Assembly (NCBI GenBank): GCA_045837725.1
Contig: JBEWZL010000138.1
Location: forward strand, 1 to 64,000
Direction of reading: 5' to 3'
DNA length: 64,000 bases
Source of the DNA: Vermamoeba vermiformis
Lineage: Eukaryota
Below the pieces are notes generated by a model. That model saw nothing but the letters and a program-made list of their open reading frames with translations, ran no database searches and was not told the origin of the DNA. The position numbers and the translations under genes are program-made. Of this stretch, positions 26,270-38,789 are shown piece after piece. Each line of letters begins with the position of its first letter. The first letter of the stretch is position 1.

Positions 26270-27304
26270 TGAGATTGGCCACAAAAATTTTTTTTTTTTT
26301 TTTTTTTTTTTTTCCCTGTGTTTCCCTCCCCACAAACCATACGGTTGCCCCATATATAAATTTTTTTTTTTTTTTTCCTCTTAATTATCAAAAAATATTT
26401 TTTTCCCCCCCCCCCCCCCTTTTCCCCAAATTTTTTTCCCCTTTATTCCCCCCCCCCCCCCCCCCCCCCAATTCAGTCTTATTATATCACGTAAGAACAT
26501 TCTAAAATATTAGTACGCACTTATATATTAATATAATGCTATTTATAGGTGATTCAGGGCCAAGCACTGAGTTATTTCCAACTCACGACGCAGATTCAAA
26601 ATCATACTTTGACCACGGCTGCAGGCAGCACTATTACTATTAACGCACGAAGCCCCTTGCAAAGTCTCAACCCATTAGTCCTATCCGTCAACAACGCACG
26701 TGTCATCAAAGCCAACATTCAAGCTTCGAACGGATTCATCTACTCGTTAGATCGAGTCTTGTTAACGGACCTGTGGGAACTGACTAGCCCTTATCCGAAC
26801 ATATATGGCTTAATCTCGAACAATCCTAACTTGTCCACACTCGCCTACGCTTTATCTGCGACTGGATTGGACAAAGTTTTGACGCAATTTACCGGCACTG
26901 AATTCACGGTGTTTGCACCCACTAATGACGCGTTTAATGACCCTAATGTGGCTTGGTTATTTAATATTAACTATCGCGATGCTTTGAAGAACGTCTTGTT
27001 ATATCACGTTCTTGGGTAAGTTAAACACATTTTTCTACGAAAAAAGTTAAAGCTCGATCTACATTAGGAATATTGAGTTAAGGTACTAATTAACTATTAT
27101 AGTCAACCTGTATACTCTACTGACCTCTACGATGGCTTACAAGCGCCTACTTTGTTCAACAGCGAACCTGTCACGGTCACCAAGACAAATCTGATCGGCA
27201 CCACGACGAACATCAACGACGCTGCAGTGTTGTCGGTGGATGCGACAGCTTTCAATGGAGTGTTGCATGTGATCGATCGAGTGTTGTTGCCTTATTCGCT
27301 CTAA
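26270..27304 (+). CDS. Fasciclin (FAS1) domain protein; 5' end unreadable
   Basis: VNNARVIKANIQASNGFIYSLDRVL; FTVFAPTNDAF; NVLLYHVLG; NGVLHVIDRVLLP. Sequence upstream of about 26470 is garbled homopolymers, so the start is approximate. Confidence 0.85.
26285..26470. other. Low-complexity poly-T/poly-C block, probable sequencing/assembly artefact
   Basis: Long T and C runs interleaved with fragments of FAS1-like coding sequence (HTVAP, NSVLLYH). Confidence 0.75.
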
Positions 27305-27619
27305 GGTGCAAGTTAAGTCAACGAAACTCTAAATGCAACTAACTGTACTCGCTCTTTAATAGAACAACTAGCTGTAAAGAACTTTTTATTAAACGAATCG
27401 AAATAGAGCATCAATGTCGAGTTTTCAAACCAAAATTTACTCGTCGTGGGTGACCGAACGTCTCATAAAAGTTAATTTGTGTAGAAAATTGAAAATTGGC
27501 TTTTTGCATCCAATTTCAGCATCATTCTCAGTCCGAGACGAATTTTGATCTACCGTAGAAATTCAAAAAGTCCTAATTATTAATTTACTACATACAACAC
27601 ATACTGGGGTTAACTAAAA

Positions 27620-29287
27620 TTACAATTGATCGAAGTTGGGCACTTGAGTATAATTTCTGCGCTTAATGAATCGTCTGTATAATAACGCCCCGCCTAGTAT
27701 CAATCCGAGGCCTATCATTATACTTTCAATAACGATAATGACTGTTTTAGTATCATTTTCTGGATCTTGCTCCGCGTGAGGCGGAATATCTTCTGCAACG
27801 GGATTGGTCACTGGCTGGTTCACTGAAAGAGGTACAGCGCCTATTGGTTCGTTTATTGAATGAGGTGCATGCGGCACTGGTGGATTTCTTTGCCAAAGTA
27901 CGGTCAGATCCGACTTGGTGTTCATGAACCGAGAGTACCCTACGGCAGCAGTGACGTTCATGAATCCAAATGAACCGGAGATTTCGCCTTGAGTGGCTGT
28001 AATTACAGTGTAATTCAACTCGTTGATATTCCAGTCCGGCATATAGAACGAAATTTCGAGCGATGAGTCACCGCAGAGAATTGAATTCGCTTGAATGGAT
28101 TCAAATTGCTGTAAATAGATCGAAGCTGATTGGTCCAATGTTAACGAGCCCTTAATATTCAACTTGAGATGGAACAAACTTTGATCTTCCAAAGAATAGC
28201 GACTTTGGATCCGACCAAAATTTTTCACGGCGACATCTCCGAGGACCGATCCTTCGCCTCCTATTGATCCGCCATATGAAATTTCAATTGGACTGTCAGC
28301 GTCAATGACCGAACTGTTGCGCAAGTTGATGTTTGATTTGACACTTAAAGTGACACCTGTCAACTTGATCGTTGAATTGACCAAATTAAATTGTGAAGCA
28401 ATTGTGTAAGCTGATCTCGCATGTGATGCTATATTCCACTGCGAGCTATATAATGATGTCGATGAACCAGGGGCTAATGGGCAAGCTGGGGTTACGTTGA
28501 CCGTTGAATTGACCACGGAGGACGGTGTCACATCCGGAACGCTGCATCCGCCTTGAATTGTCAATGTAGAGCCTTCTATTGACATAATATCAAATATATC
28601 GGCATGATTTTGAAGCGTTAATTGTGCGTAAAAGAGCATCAATGAAGATTGAATTGTAATGGATCCGATCTTCGCCGTGGCCGACACAAATTGCACCGCT
28701 GTTACGTGCATATTATCTACTGCTACATCAATATTCTTAAATTGGCAAAAAACTAGCGAATTGTTCTGATTGGTCAAATCTATTTTGACAGAATCTTGTT
28801 AGCGGCTCTGGATCGAGCTTAAAAATAAATATTAACTTACTTTTAACTCTTAACAAGCCTCCATCGAATTCAATTCCTCCTCCTATACCAAGAACTTGAT
28901 CGAAGGTAGCGGATGTGGCCCCAGGCATTTGAAATGTCAAAGCGGAACCGGATGTGATAACGGTTTGAGCAATGCAATTAGTGTCGCATGTTATTATGAC
29001 ATTATTTTTGCCAATGGTTATTATTACATCGTCATTAGAGCCTATTGAAAATTACTATTAATTTGCGCTGTATTTATTTTTACGACAAACTTTCAGAACT
29101 AGATCCGCTTACTTGGTACTTTTCCTCCGATCCATATACTACTATTATTCCACGAATATATACAATTTTGCCAGCTCGTACAATTGGAAAGTACGGATGC
29201 GTTGAATTGGATCTGTTCTGCGCTGCTCGAATGAATTGCTGCATAGATCAAAGATAATAACAAAGCAGTGTATAATGAACTTGCCAT
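27620..29287 (-). CDS. Type I single-pass membrane glycoprotein with beta-strand-rich ectodomain
   Basis: Signal peptide MASSLYTALLLSLIYAAIHSSSA; W-N-x-x-x-W-x-GGKVP|xSNDDVII N-terminal motif; many NxS/T sites; Pro-rich stalk; TM VIIVIESIMIGLGLILGGALLY; tail RRNYTQV. Confidence 0.75.
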
Positions 29288-29577
29288 ATTAAACCGATTA
29301 TAATACACTTGTTGTTGTTACATCCATAAAAAATCTAAAATTACCGACGTTTAATCAAAAATTGCAATAAAATAGCGATAATTCAATATAATAATATTTA
29401 CACGTATTAATCCTTGAGCCAAACTTGGGCGCTAGCAGGATCGCGAAATCTTTAAATGTGCTTGCTGGCACTAAACTTAAATTAATCTGAAAGCGAGATC
29501 GGGAAAATTTTCTGCTGTTTCAGTGAACACTAAACTTTACTTGGAATTATAATACACCTTGCTCTAGGAAGAGACAC

Positions 29578-32500
29578 CTATTTGTTGTTATTAACGGAAC
29601 TGTTGTTTCCCAAAAATTTGTTGCTGAGTTTTTTGAACAAACTAGGCGAGCCTATAGAGATCTTATTAGTACTCTAATTATATGATTTATATCATATACA
29701 ATCATTACAACTTACTCTTTTCCTTGCCATCCTTTTCCTTATCTTTTTCTTCCTTCTCTTTTTCCTTTTCTTTCTCTTTGCTCACGGGACTTGTCGGAGC
29801 TCCAAAAGTGTGTGTCATTCGATCACCAGCTTGACCTTCTTCCTTTGAAGCCTTCTTGATGTCCTTAATATTATTAAACGACTTGTGCTTGACGACCTTG
29901 TCACTGCTGCCGTTGAGGCCAGTGAGTTTGGGCGAGTTCGGTGAAGTTGATAGCCGCGGCGAGCTCGTGTTCAACGACGATGTGTCGCCTGTAGCCTTGC
30001 TGTAGCACGGGTCACAAACACGCACCTTCTTGTTCTCGTTGATGTGCTTCAACAGCAACTTGTTGCCTGAACAGTTCTTGCACACGACTTCACCGCACTT
30101 ACGGCAATGGTGCTAATTAGAGGTATTAATAAGATTGTAGTGCAGGACGCTAAGATAGGTAAGTAGTATATATAGCAATACTTACCCTTCGGAACAAAGG
30201 CGTCCACTTTTTGTGACAGAGCGGGCAATCGGGTGCCTCGGAGTCAGGTTTCCAATAAGCGGCTGAGCATTAAATTATTAATAACAAGGTCAATAGCGCT
30301 ATTAATAGATTAGTCTTACCGTTCTTTTGATCATTTTCATCGCTTTCCTCGTCGTCAACCGCGCCAGGCTTCACACTATCACCTACAAACAGACCGTTAG
30401 GCACGTGCCAAAAAATTATTATGCTTAATGATGGTTGGAGAGAAAACTGATTTTTGTGTATATGCACTTACGAGAAATAGTGTTTGACACGTTCAAAGCA
30501 ATGCTCTTTCTGGCCTTTGAATCTTCGAGTTTTTTGTCCAACAGATCTAGCACGCTCTTGAACATTTCAAGCCATTTGCTATTAGATTATGAGTAAATAT
30601 GCGTTGTTTGTCGGTTAGAATTCGAACATACTTTTTTTCTTGCGGTGTGGAAGCAAACACGATGAACGACTTTTTGGCAGTTGCCAAGCCGAATCTGTTC
30701 TTTTGATCTGCAAGACAATTAGTATCCTATATATAGCCGGCGCCTATTATCTATCCATACCGTCTTTATCGGGCAAATCCTCCGCCTTGGCACCTTCCAA
30801 TTCCAAAAAGCCACGTGCTTCGTACTTGCCGTCTCCTTGTTCCTACGCTTAAAAGTTAGTTCCGCGAATATAAAATGTTGATTTTGACACGTCTGACACG
30901 TACTTTAGTGTATAACAATGCGTCTGTGAACAAAAAGAAGTATCGCTCTTGATTGTCTTTACGACAAACTTTTGTCAGCTTGCCCTCGTGCACAAATTGT
31001 CGACCTAGTTCTACGAGACCAGCAGGCTATATGAAAATATTATTAGAGATTTTAAGGCTAAAATCGTGGTTTTTTTGATTGAACGTACGACTGTGGATCC
31101 GGTCGGGATTTTGATTGCTTTCTGAATGGTCAAAATTTTCTCCAAGTTTTGTCGTTCTTTTACAATGCCGTTGATGTGATTGGCTACTTGTTGCACTTGA
31201 AGCAGCGCCTTATTTAGCTCCTGCAAGAAAAATAATGAGCACAAAAGTGACATCTTGACACGTGTCAAACATTAATTAGTTTGGCAAAACTCAAAACTTC
31301 GCATTGTTAAATAATCAATTCTCGTGTACAATAATATATAAAAGTAGTATATATAACTTACAGTATAATCTGAGTATTCGACATTTGTGTATTTCAAAAC
31401 TTCTCGCAGCAGCAATTCATAACGAGGAATTCTGCGTACAATTAATATAAAATACAAATAATAATCTAATTTTGGCTAAATTACCTTTGAATAGGCATAA
31501 TTAATAGCGATTGAATGGTTTGGCCTTGATCGTATTTCGCATCTACCGAAGCAGAGCATTTCTAAAAATAAATAAGTTAGTACGATATAACGATAGCATT
31601 ATTTAAAATAGGACTTAGTTACCTTTAAAAACGCGACCATCTTCGAGTCATTTAATTTCTCGTTGATTGTAGTGATGTGCGTCTGGTAATTTGTAACGTA
31701 CTCTGAATAAACTTTCAAAAACGGAGACTAGACGAGAAAATATTAGTAATTAATGCTTATAAATAGGTAATATTTCAATTACAAGTCAAAGTTAAATTAG
31801 CGTTCCTTATTCAGCGAATGAATTGCGCTTTTTAATTAAATATGGAATTTTCGTCCCAACTTGCAGTATTAAGCTTACTAATTGCGTAAATATATCTCCT
31901 AATCGTTGTTGATTCTTAGGCAAGCCCTTCCATTGCGCCATTCGCTTTTCAAGCGCAACTAAAATTAGCTTGTTGACGCGCTGGATCTCTTCGAAGGATT
32001 TGAATAGCGCAATGATTTGTGCGTTCTTGATCATATTGTTTTCTCGAATAGGGATCATATAGTACTATAATTAAGATACGACAGTAAGCAACAAATATCG
32101 GCAATACATCTGACACCGTCTTCAAAATTGTAAAATCGGGCCGATAATTTCAAAAATAATAGTACTTGTAATATTATGAATAAAGACATACGCAATGCAA
32201 ATTTTATAAACGATTCAAATTGATTCCAGAGGCAGATTTGCTCGCGAGTAAAATATCTAACGGACATACCGATATAGCTTGCTCTAAATATTTAAAATAA
32301 GCTCGCTCTGTGTCTAATAGCTCTTGTATAACTTGTTTGCGTAATCGTTCCAGCGCTAATTACGGTAACAGAAAAAAGTCAGATCGTGCTTGAAGTGGAA
32401 TACATAATCGAAATTATGCTTGTAAATAATTAATTAGGTGTATAATGAATTAATTATATGTAAATGGGTCGTTTGGGAAATAAACCAAGCAAAAATAATC

Positions 32501-32816
32501 GGCATGATTAAAATAATTCTCTTACTCTGCAATTTGATTAGATTGCCCATAGCCAATGATCTCCGCGCATATTTTTGAATAGTAATTATTGGTGAAGACG
32601 ACGAATTATTGTTTGCTTGCGGTGGTGGACCGGATCCTTTTTTAAAGCCCGCTGATGGGGCGACTTTAGGTTGTCCATTAGGCATGCCAGGTGAGCCTTT
32701 CGGGTTAGGCAATGCCCTCCCTGGTGTAGGAGAGGTTTGTGGCTTGCTCTATCATACAAAATTAACGTGAATTCAATTGCAGATTTGATAACGGCTTTCT
32801 CTCTTTTTCTTACCAT
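29578..32816 (-). CDS. RhoGEF with IQ - DH - PH - FYVE domains (FGD/frabin-like)
   Basis: ITIQKYARR (IQ); QELLDTERAY, SLLIMPIQ|RIPRYELLLREVLKYT (DH); RQFVHEGKLTKVCRKDNQERYFFLFTD (PH); WKPDSEAPDCPLC...RR|HHCRKCGEVVCKNCS...RVCDPC (FYVE). Confidence 0.92.
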
Positions 32817-33735
32817 TGATTATTTGCTAAACAAATATATTATTATCAAGTCAACAACCTCTTATGGTTTAATTTTAATAAAAAATGAAATGAGTCAATT
32901 TTCGGTTCAAGTTTTTATGTTTTGACATCTGGCTTGACATCCACAACACGCGGCAAGATATGGACTGTGTTATTAATGCAACACTGATAATAATATTATT
33001 GCCAATACTGCACATTTTCATTTCCTTGTTATTGATCGGCCGAAAAGAAGAGCAAAGATCCATTCAATACTAGTCACACACTTAATCAATGAATCTAATT
33101 ATGTCTCGGGCCCTCTTAATTATAAATAATATTTTGACATTATTTAATCAGCAGTGTCTGGATCTTCGAAGATTTTCAACACAAATCTAACTAATTTTTT
33201 GGCATTCAATTAATTTACTAGCCTCGATAATTTTCACATAGTATTATAATTTATGAACAGCATACCCCAAATAATTTACTTCTGAGCGAAAGTAAAATGT
33301 AAATTACCGTGAAATCTCTGAAACGAAACCTTATTTTGTACCGCACAACGAAACAACACTAATTTTTATATAAATTGTATATAACACCATATCTAACGTA
33401 ATCAGATCTTTAGTAAGTTAGAAAACTCGATTAACGTGTAATTTCAACGAAGATCTCACAAAATTTCCAGTGAAACCGATTGAAATTAATGGCCTCCACA
33501 CTCGCACAAATCTAGATTAAACAATTTTAATATTTAACCAACGATATAACACTGCAAGTAAGTACCGTTTATTTATTTTTTAGTTTATTAGAAACTTGGG
33601 AAATTGGACCAAAGGGATTATTAGTAATACCCGATTATATGAGTTATACAATATGCATATTCTTAAGAATATTCCCAAATGGAGCTCTTTAATGAAACGT
33701 AACAATTTAACAATGCATTTTATTAGATTCGCGAA

Positions 33736-35472
33736 ATGGCGGAACCACAATTCACCTTCGATATTAACGCCGATCATGGCGATATATCAAAGCGCTATAC
33801 GTTTGGATTTTGGGTCGGTTCTGGCAAGTTCTCCGTGGTCATGGCCGGTCGCGATAAGATCACGAAAGAAGATGTGGCGATTAAATGCGTTCTGAAAGAC
33901 CCCGAGGATAAAAACCAACGATTCACTGTTATGCGCGAAGTACAAATTATGCGGAAGATATGCAAGCACCCGAATATTGTCAAGTTTTATCACTTTAGCG
34001 AATCCGATCGTTATTATTTTATGGTCATGGAACTGATTAGAGGCGAAGAAATGTTCGAGTGCGTAAGAAGGGTAAGATGATAATAATAACTAGCCCTACC
34101 ACTGAATTATTGCTAAAAATTTTTGCGGGCCTTCCGATCTGGTCAGAAATTCAACCGCCATTTTTTTATCAAATAATTAAATTACAATATAATAACAATT
34201 AAAATTAGATTTTTTCAGCTAAGCGATGCTTGATACTGAAATTTTTTTCCGTTACTTTTTTTTTCCGTTGGGATCCGGTTGCTAAAGACTGGAGTACCTA
34301 CAAAGCTGATACAGGCGGCATAGTTATATACTCACTAATACTAACCTATTTATCAGCGCGAAGAGGAACAACGGTTTTATACGGAAGAACAAGCGCGAAC
34401 AATTTTGAAGCAGATTGGGTCAGCCGTTTATTACCTTCACTCACACGGCGTTGTACATAGGTATGCTAACATAGACATTATATTATAATTACAGCTAGTC
34501 CCAGCATTTACGAAAGATACGCAATATTTCCATTTTAAGAACTGGATGTCGGGTCGTTTTGGCGCCAACTAACTTATTTCATTTAATAGGGATCTGAAAC
34601 TCGAAAATTTAATGTGGTCGCAGCCTAATGAATCAGGGGTTGTAAAGGTAAGCTTAAATAGACTTTTAATGAACGATTGTTGTACGAGAAAGGATCACAT
34701 CCGAGTATAAAATTAAACTAATCATGAACCGTTTAGATTATTGACTTTGGATTGGCAAGGTTTGCAGCAGGAGATGAAGATGCATTGAATAGTCCTTGTG
34801 GTACTCCTGGATACACCGCGCCCGAATTAGCGGTTAGGATCTTGAACCATCGCAGTTCAAAAATTTTGAATTATACTCGCAGCGTAGATATGTGGTAAGT
34901 AGCCTATTATAGCAACAATATCTTGAAGATTTGATTTAAATGAGAATAATTCAGAATCTAATTGGTTATTTTCCTATTTAGGAGTCTTGGCATTATCGCG
35001 TACACTTTGTTATGTGGATACCCGCCATTCTCATCAGAAGACGATGAAGAACTATTAGAAATGTCTGCTGAGGGTCTATATAGTTTTCCTTCACCATACT
35101 GGTACGTTCAAACACGGATGTTTGTTTGCTTTTACCTGCGGATCTAATGCGAGCTTATTAGGGATGGAATATCAAAAGACGCTAAAAATCTCGTATCAAG
35201 GCTACTTACAAAAGATCCGTCCAAGAGAATTACATCGAAGATGTTCTTAGCGGATCCATGGATATCAAATACGCCTCAAGCGTCGCTACTGAACAAACTG
35301 TATAATATTACGCTAGGATATGCATTAGGGATCTTCGAATAAGCCACCAACAACGCCAGATGAGATGTCCTTGGAAGAATCGTTTTCAGAAAAAATGGAT
35401 TTGAGTTCCAGTTCAAACTCAATTACTGACTCCAAGAATTCAACTCCGACTGAAACTAAAGTCGTTAGTTAA
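33736..35472 (+). CDS. Ser/Thr kinase, CaMK1/MLCK-like
   Basis: VGSGKFSVV, VAIK, HPNIVK, VVHR|DLKLEN, DFGLA, CGTPGYTAPE, VDMW|SLG, GYPPF. The 3' end is ambiguous: unspliced stop at 35342, or a further Ser-rich exon ending at 35472. Confidence 0.92.
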
Positions 35473-35638
35473 CATTAGTATACTTGTATAGATTGGCGGC
35501 ATTAGTAAGCCAATAGCCTGTATTAATTAGGATTATCGCCTTTGTACATAAATTGCCTATTATTCGATATATATTCATTTTAACCGTTTACTTCGCTATA
35601 CATATATTACAAAAATTACAATGCACCCATTTTCAGTT

Positions 35639-37897
35639 TTAATTTTGCATTGTCGCTTCTTTCGGGTTTGAATCCTGATCCGGCGAGACAATCGTCGCGA
35701 TTACAGGACGAACAGGCTGTTGTTCAATATCAGCTCCGTTATCGTCCTCATCGCCTGTATCATTTCCAGTATCACCAGCGGAATTGCTGCCAGTACTACC
35801 ACGACCATAACCAGAGTCGTATTCGCCCGATTTTGTTGTTTTTGGAAAGACGTTTCCAGTGGTCACACGTGATGTTCTGGAGTTGCGAGATCGTGCTGAA
35901 CTCTGCGAGCTGCTTATCTCTCGGCGCCATCTATCAGCTGTACTCCACAAATGTGCGACAGGGATGTACACAAAGGCAGTACGGTAGCATAAAGTATAGA
36001 CCGTGCTCGATACTGGGCCGAAGACTTCAGGCTTGATAATGAAAACTATCAAACTCCACGACAAGGCCAGGATAATAGCAATAATAGGGAAGCCAATTCT
36101 TGTGACCTAAATGAAAATAATGATTAGAAACATGACACTTTTGACGTGTTGATTAAACATAGAAATTATAATGCAATTACGCACCTTATTCAAAGAATGT
36201 GTCGTTTTCCTGTTACCAGTGCTGCCCATATCTTTAATACTGGCAATTAATCGACTTCTGAGCTGACATGTAACGTAAACCAAGCCCGCGAACATGGACA
36301 ACAAAATGAATATAAATGGCACTAAAGTCGCTCGCCATGCTGTCATTGGGTACACGTAATTAGGTCCAATGCATAATAGAATCCAGCGAACCTAATAGAA
36401 GAGCGGATTAGATCGTAAATTTTGTGAACACCGTCACTTTTCGGGCAATATTGCTTAAATGGTATATGAATTGATGATCACTTACTGCCTCAGCAATACC
36501 ATGCCCGACGGTGCCAGCAATGACCACAGTACGGCCGCGCGTGTACTGTCTTTTGTTTCGATAGACAGTGCCGCGAATCAACACGGTGTACCAGACCCAA
36601 AAGAACCAATAAACTTCGACAAAGGTGAGGTAAATGCATAACCCCCATAGAATAATATTGACTTCTCGTGGGAAGTAATTTCTGCATTGCCAGAAGTCCG
36701 TGAAGTTGTAAAAAGTTTGTACTATTTTTAGAATCAATTAGATCTGGGTTAGCAATGTATTATTTTTCGAACTTACCTGTTGTTTGAATGGCAGCCAATA
36801 AAAATGACAATTTTTCGTTACGAGTCCTTTGGAATTTGAAAGCAATGAACAGCGAAACCCAACCAGCCAAAGCTTCGAAAGAGAACATCGCGCCAAACAT
36901 AAAGCCGACGACCATAAAGAAATTGGTTACGTAAACTGTCAAGGAAAGGCGTTAATTAATTTTGTGCACAACATTGTATCTTAAATTCTGGATTTGCCAT
37001 CCCGCAGAACACAAAAAATTTTAACCATAAATCAACGTTGTTCAGGAAAATTGCATCAAAGAAATAAATTACGATTAAGAAAAGGATGACATCCGTGAAA
37101 CGAAGGGATATTGGTTAACTGACGAATCCGTGTCAGATGACGTACCATTTTCCGCGTTGATTTCAACGATAACTTCTTGGCCTAACAACACCTGGTCTAA
37201 AGCGTAGTTAAACATGTTATCTGCGTCGGGATCCGGAATGATGACAGAGGGAATATTGACTTCGAAATCGGTAGTGTAGCGAAGCATGGGAGTCATGAAC
37301 TGAATTTCCTCCTAAAATATCGTGATTAGAATTATTTTCAAATTTTACAATTACATGACGCAAATCGTACTGTAAAATGCACAATCAAAGCCTTCGCTCC
37401 GACTTCTTGCGCCCTCCTTGCTTTCTTTTGGTATGGGCAGCCATCTGAAATATTAAAGTATTAGTATCTGGTAGAATTCAATGCATTCCACGCCTAGGAA
37501 CAATTTTGTAGGCCTGATCCGATCGGAGTTTGACGTTCCAGACAAATTGGACACAAAGTTTTGATTTGACGTGATTTTGATTACAAAGTTATTAATACTT
37601 ACAAACAATGTCCCAGTATAAAACAAAATCTCCCAAGGTCGAGTAATCAATCGTGCCGTTGTAGACAGAATGAGGGATCGTACTATCGCAATCCTGACCC
37701 GGTTCCAAAAATATGAGGCGTCCAGTGATGTTGAACTCTGCTGGGCCAAAGTCGGCGCCGAGTATATTATGTGACACGACTCCAGCATCTTTTGCGTCGG
37801 CATTCAAGTAAAATCGAAGCTCCCCAAATCCAGGGGCAACGACGCTGATTAAAATCAATAAAATTACGAGCAGCGCAGGGCGCTTTTGAAGGCCCAT
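35639..37897 (-). CDS. Signal peptide + PA (protease-associated) domain + about 7-TM region + Ser-rich cytosolic tail
   Basis: GADFGP...GCPYQKKARRAQEVGAKALIV...VNIPSVII (PA domain), then about seven hydrophobic segments across exons, then SSQSSARSRNSRTS tail. Confidence 0.8.
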
Positions 37898-38789
37898 GAT
37901 CGAGGCTGCTGTGGTGTTTTGGGACTCGGGTTGAAGGGAAAAAGCAAAATCTGCGGTCTGCAGCTCCCCTGTCAGATTTTTGCGTAAACTTCGTTTTCCT
38001 TTTTAGGCAAAGTTCTCAACTAGCTAGCTTGCCTAGACCTTCTGCTGCTTCTCTCCTTTCAGTAATAATTGTCTTCAACAACATCTCACGTGTCTTCGAG
38101 TGTTTTACAACCGAGCGTAATGTATCTTTGACTATTTGGTAAGTTGTTTGATGCGAGTCCCATCCGCAACACGAGCAACCCCAAAACAATATGTGACTCG
38201 TATACGTTGTCTACTATGGTGATCGTTTGCTCCTTAGAACGTCTTCTCGCAATACAGAGTTTGCAGAAACAATTGGATTAATTAATTAATGACTTTAGAA
38301 CGCCACAAAAATGTCTAAGCTTGTTTACAATTCGTAAGTTTTCACGTGTTAATTTCTAGGCTGAAACGTAGGAAAGTTGGCAAAAGCAGAAATAAAATAT
38401 CGATTTTTGATCAGATTAATGTTACCGTTACAATTCTTCGTTCCCTGCTGTAAAATCTGTCAAAAATTGCCCGTTGCTCCGCAGTGGTACATTTATCAGC
38501 ACCAAGCCTCCGCTCTTAAGCTCCAATTTCGGCATTTAAAATTTTGTGCTCCGTGCTCGGAGGATCTTCCATCCGTACGCTTCCAATCTTTCGAGAACGA
38601 TCGTAGAGGTCACGGACCCGTTGTGGCCGCGTGCGGCACAATAAACTGTACTGCACCAATAGGAATTTTCACGAACGACCCCAAAAAAACGTGCGAGAAG
38701 AACCTCTGGAAGCTTCGCACAGATTCTTCACTCCTGCCAAACGAACAACAATGGTTTTTTATCGGAGTTTCAGAAAATAGCGGTGCACG

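Noticed and set aside
35639..37897. Signal peptide peptidase-like (SPPL2) call for the PA-TM gene
   Set aside because: No YD, GxGD or PAL motifs in the TM region.
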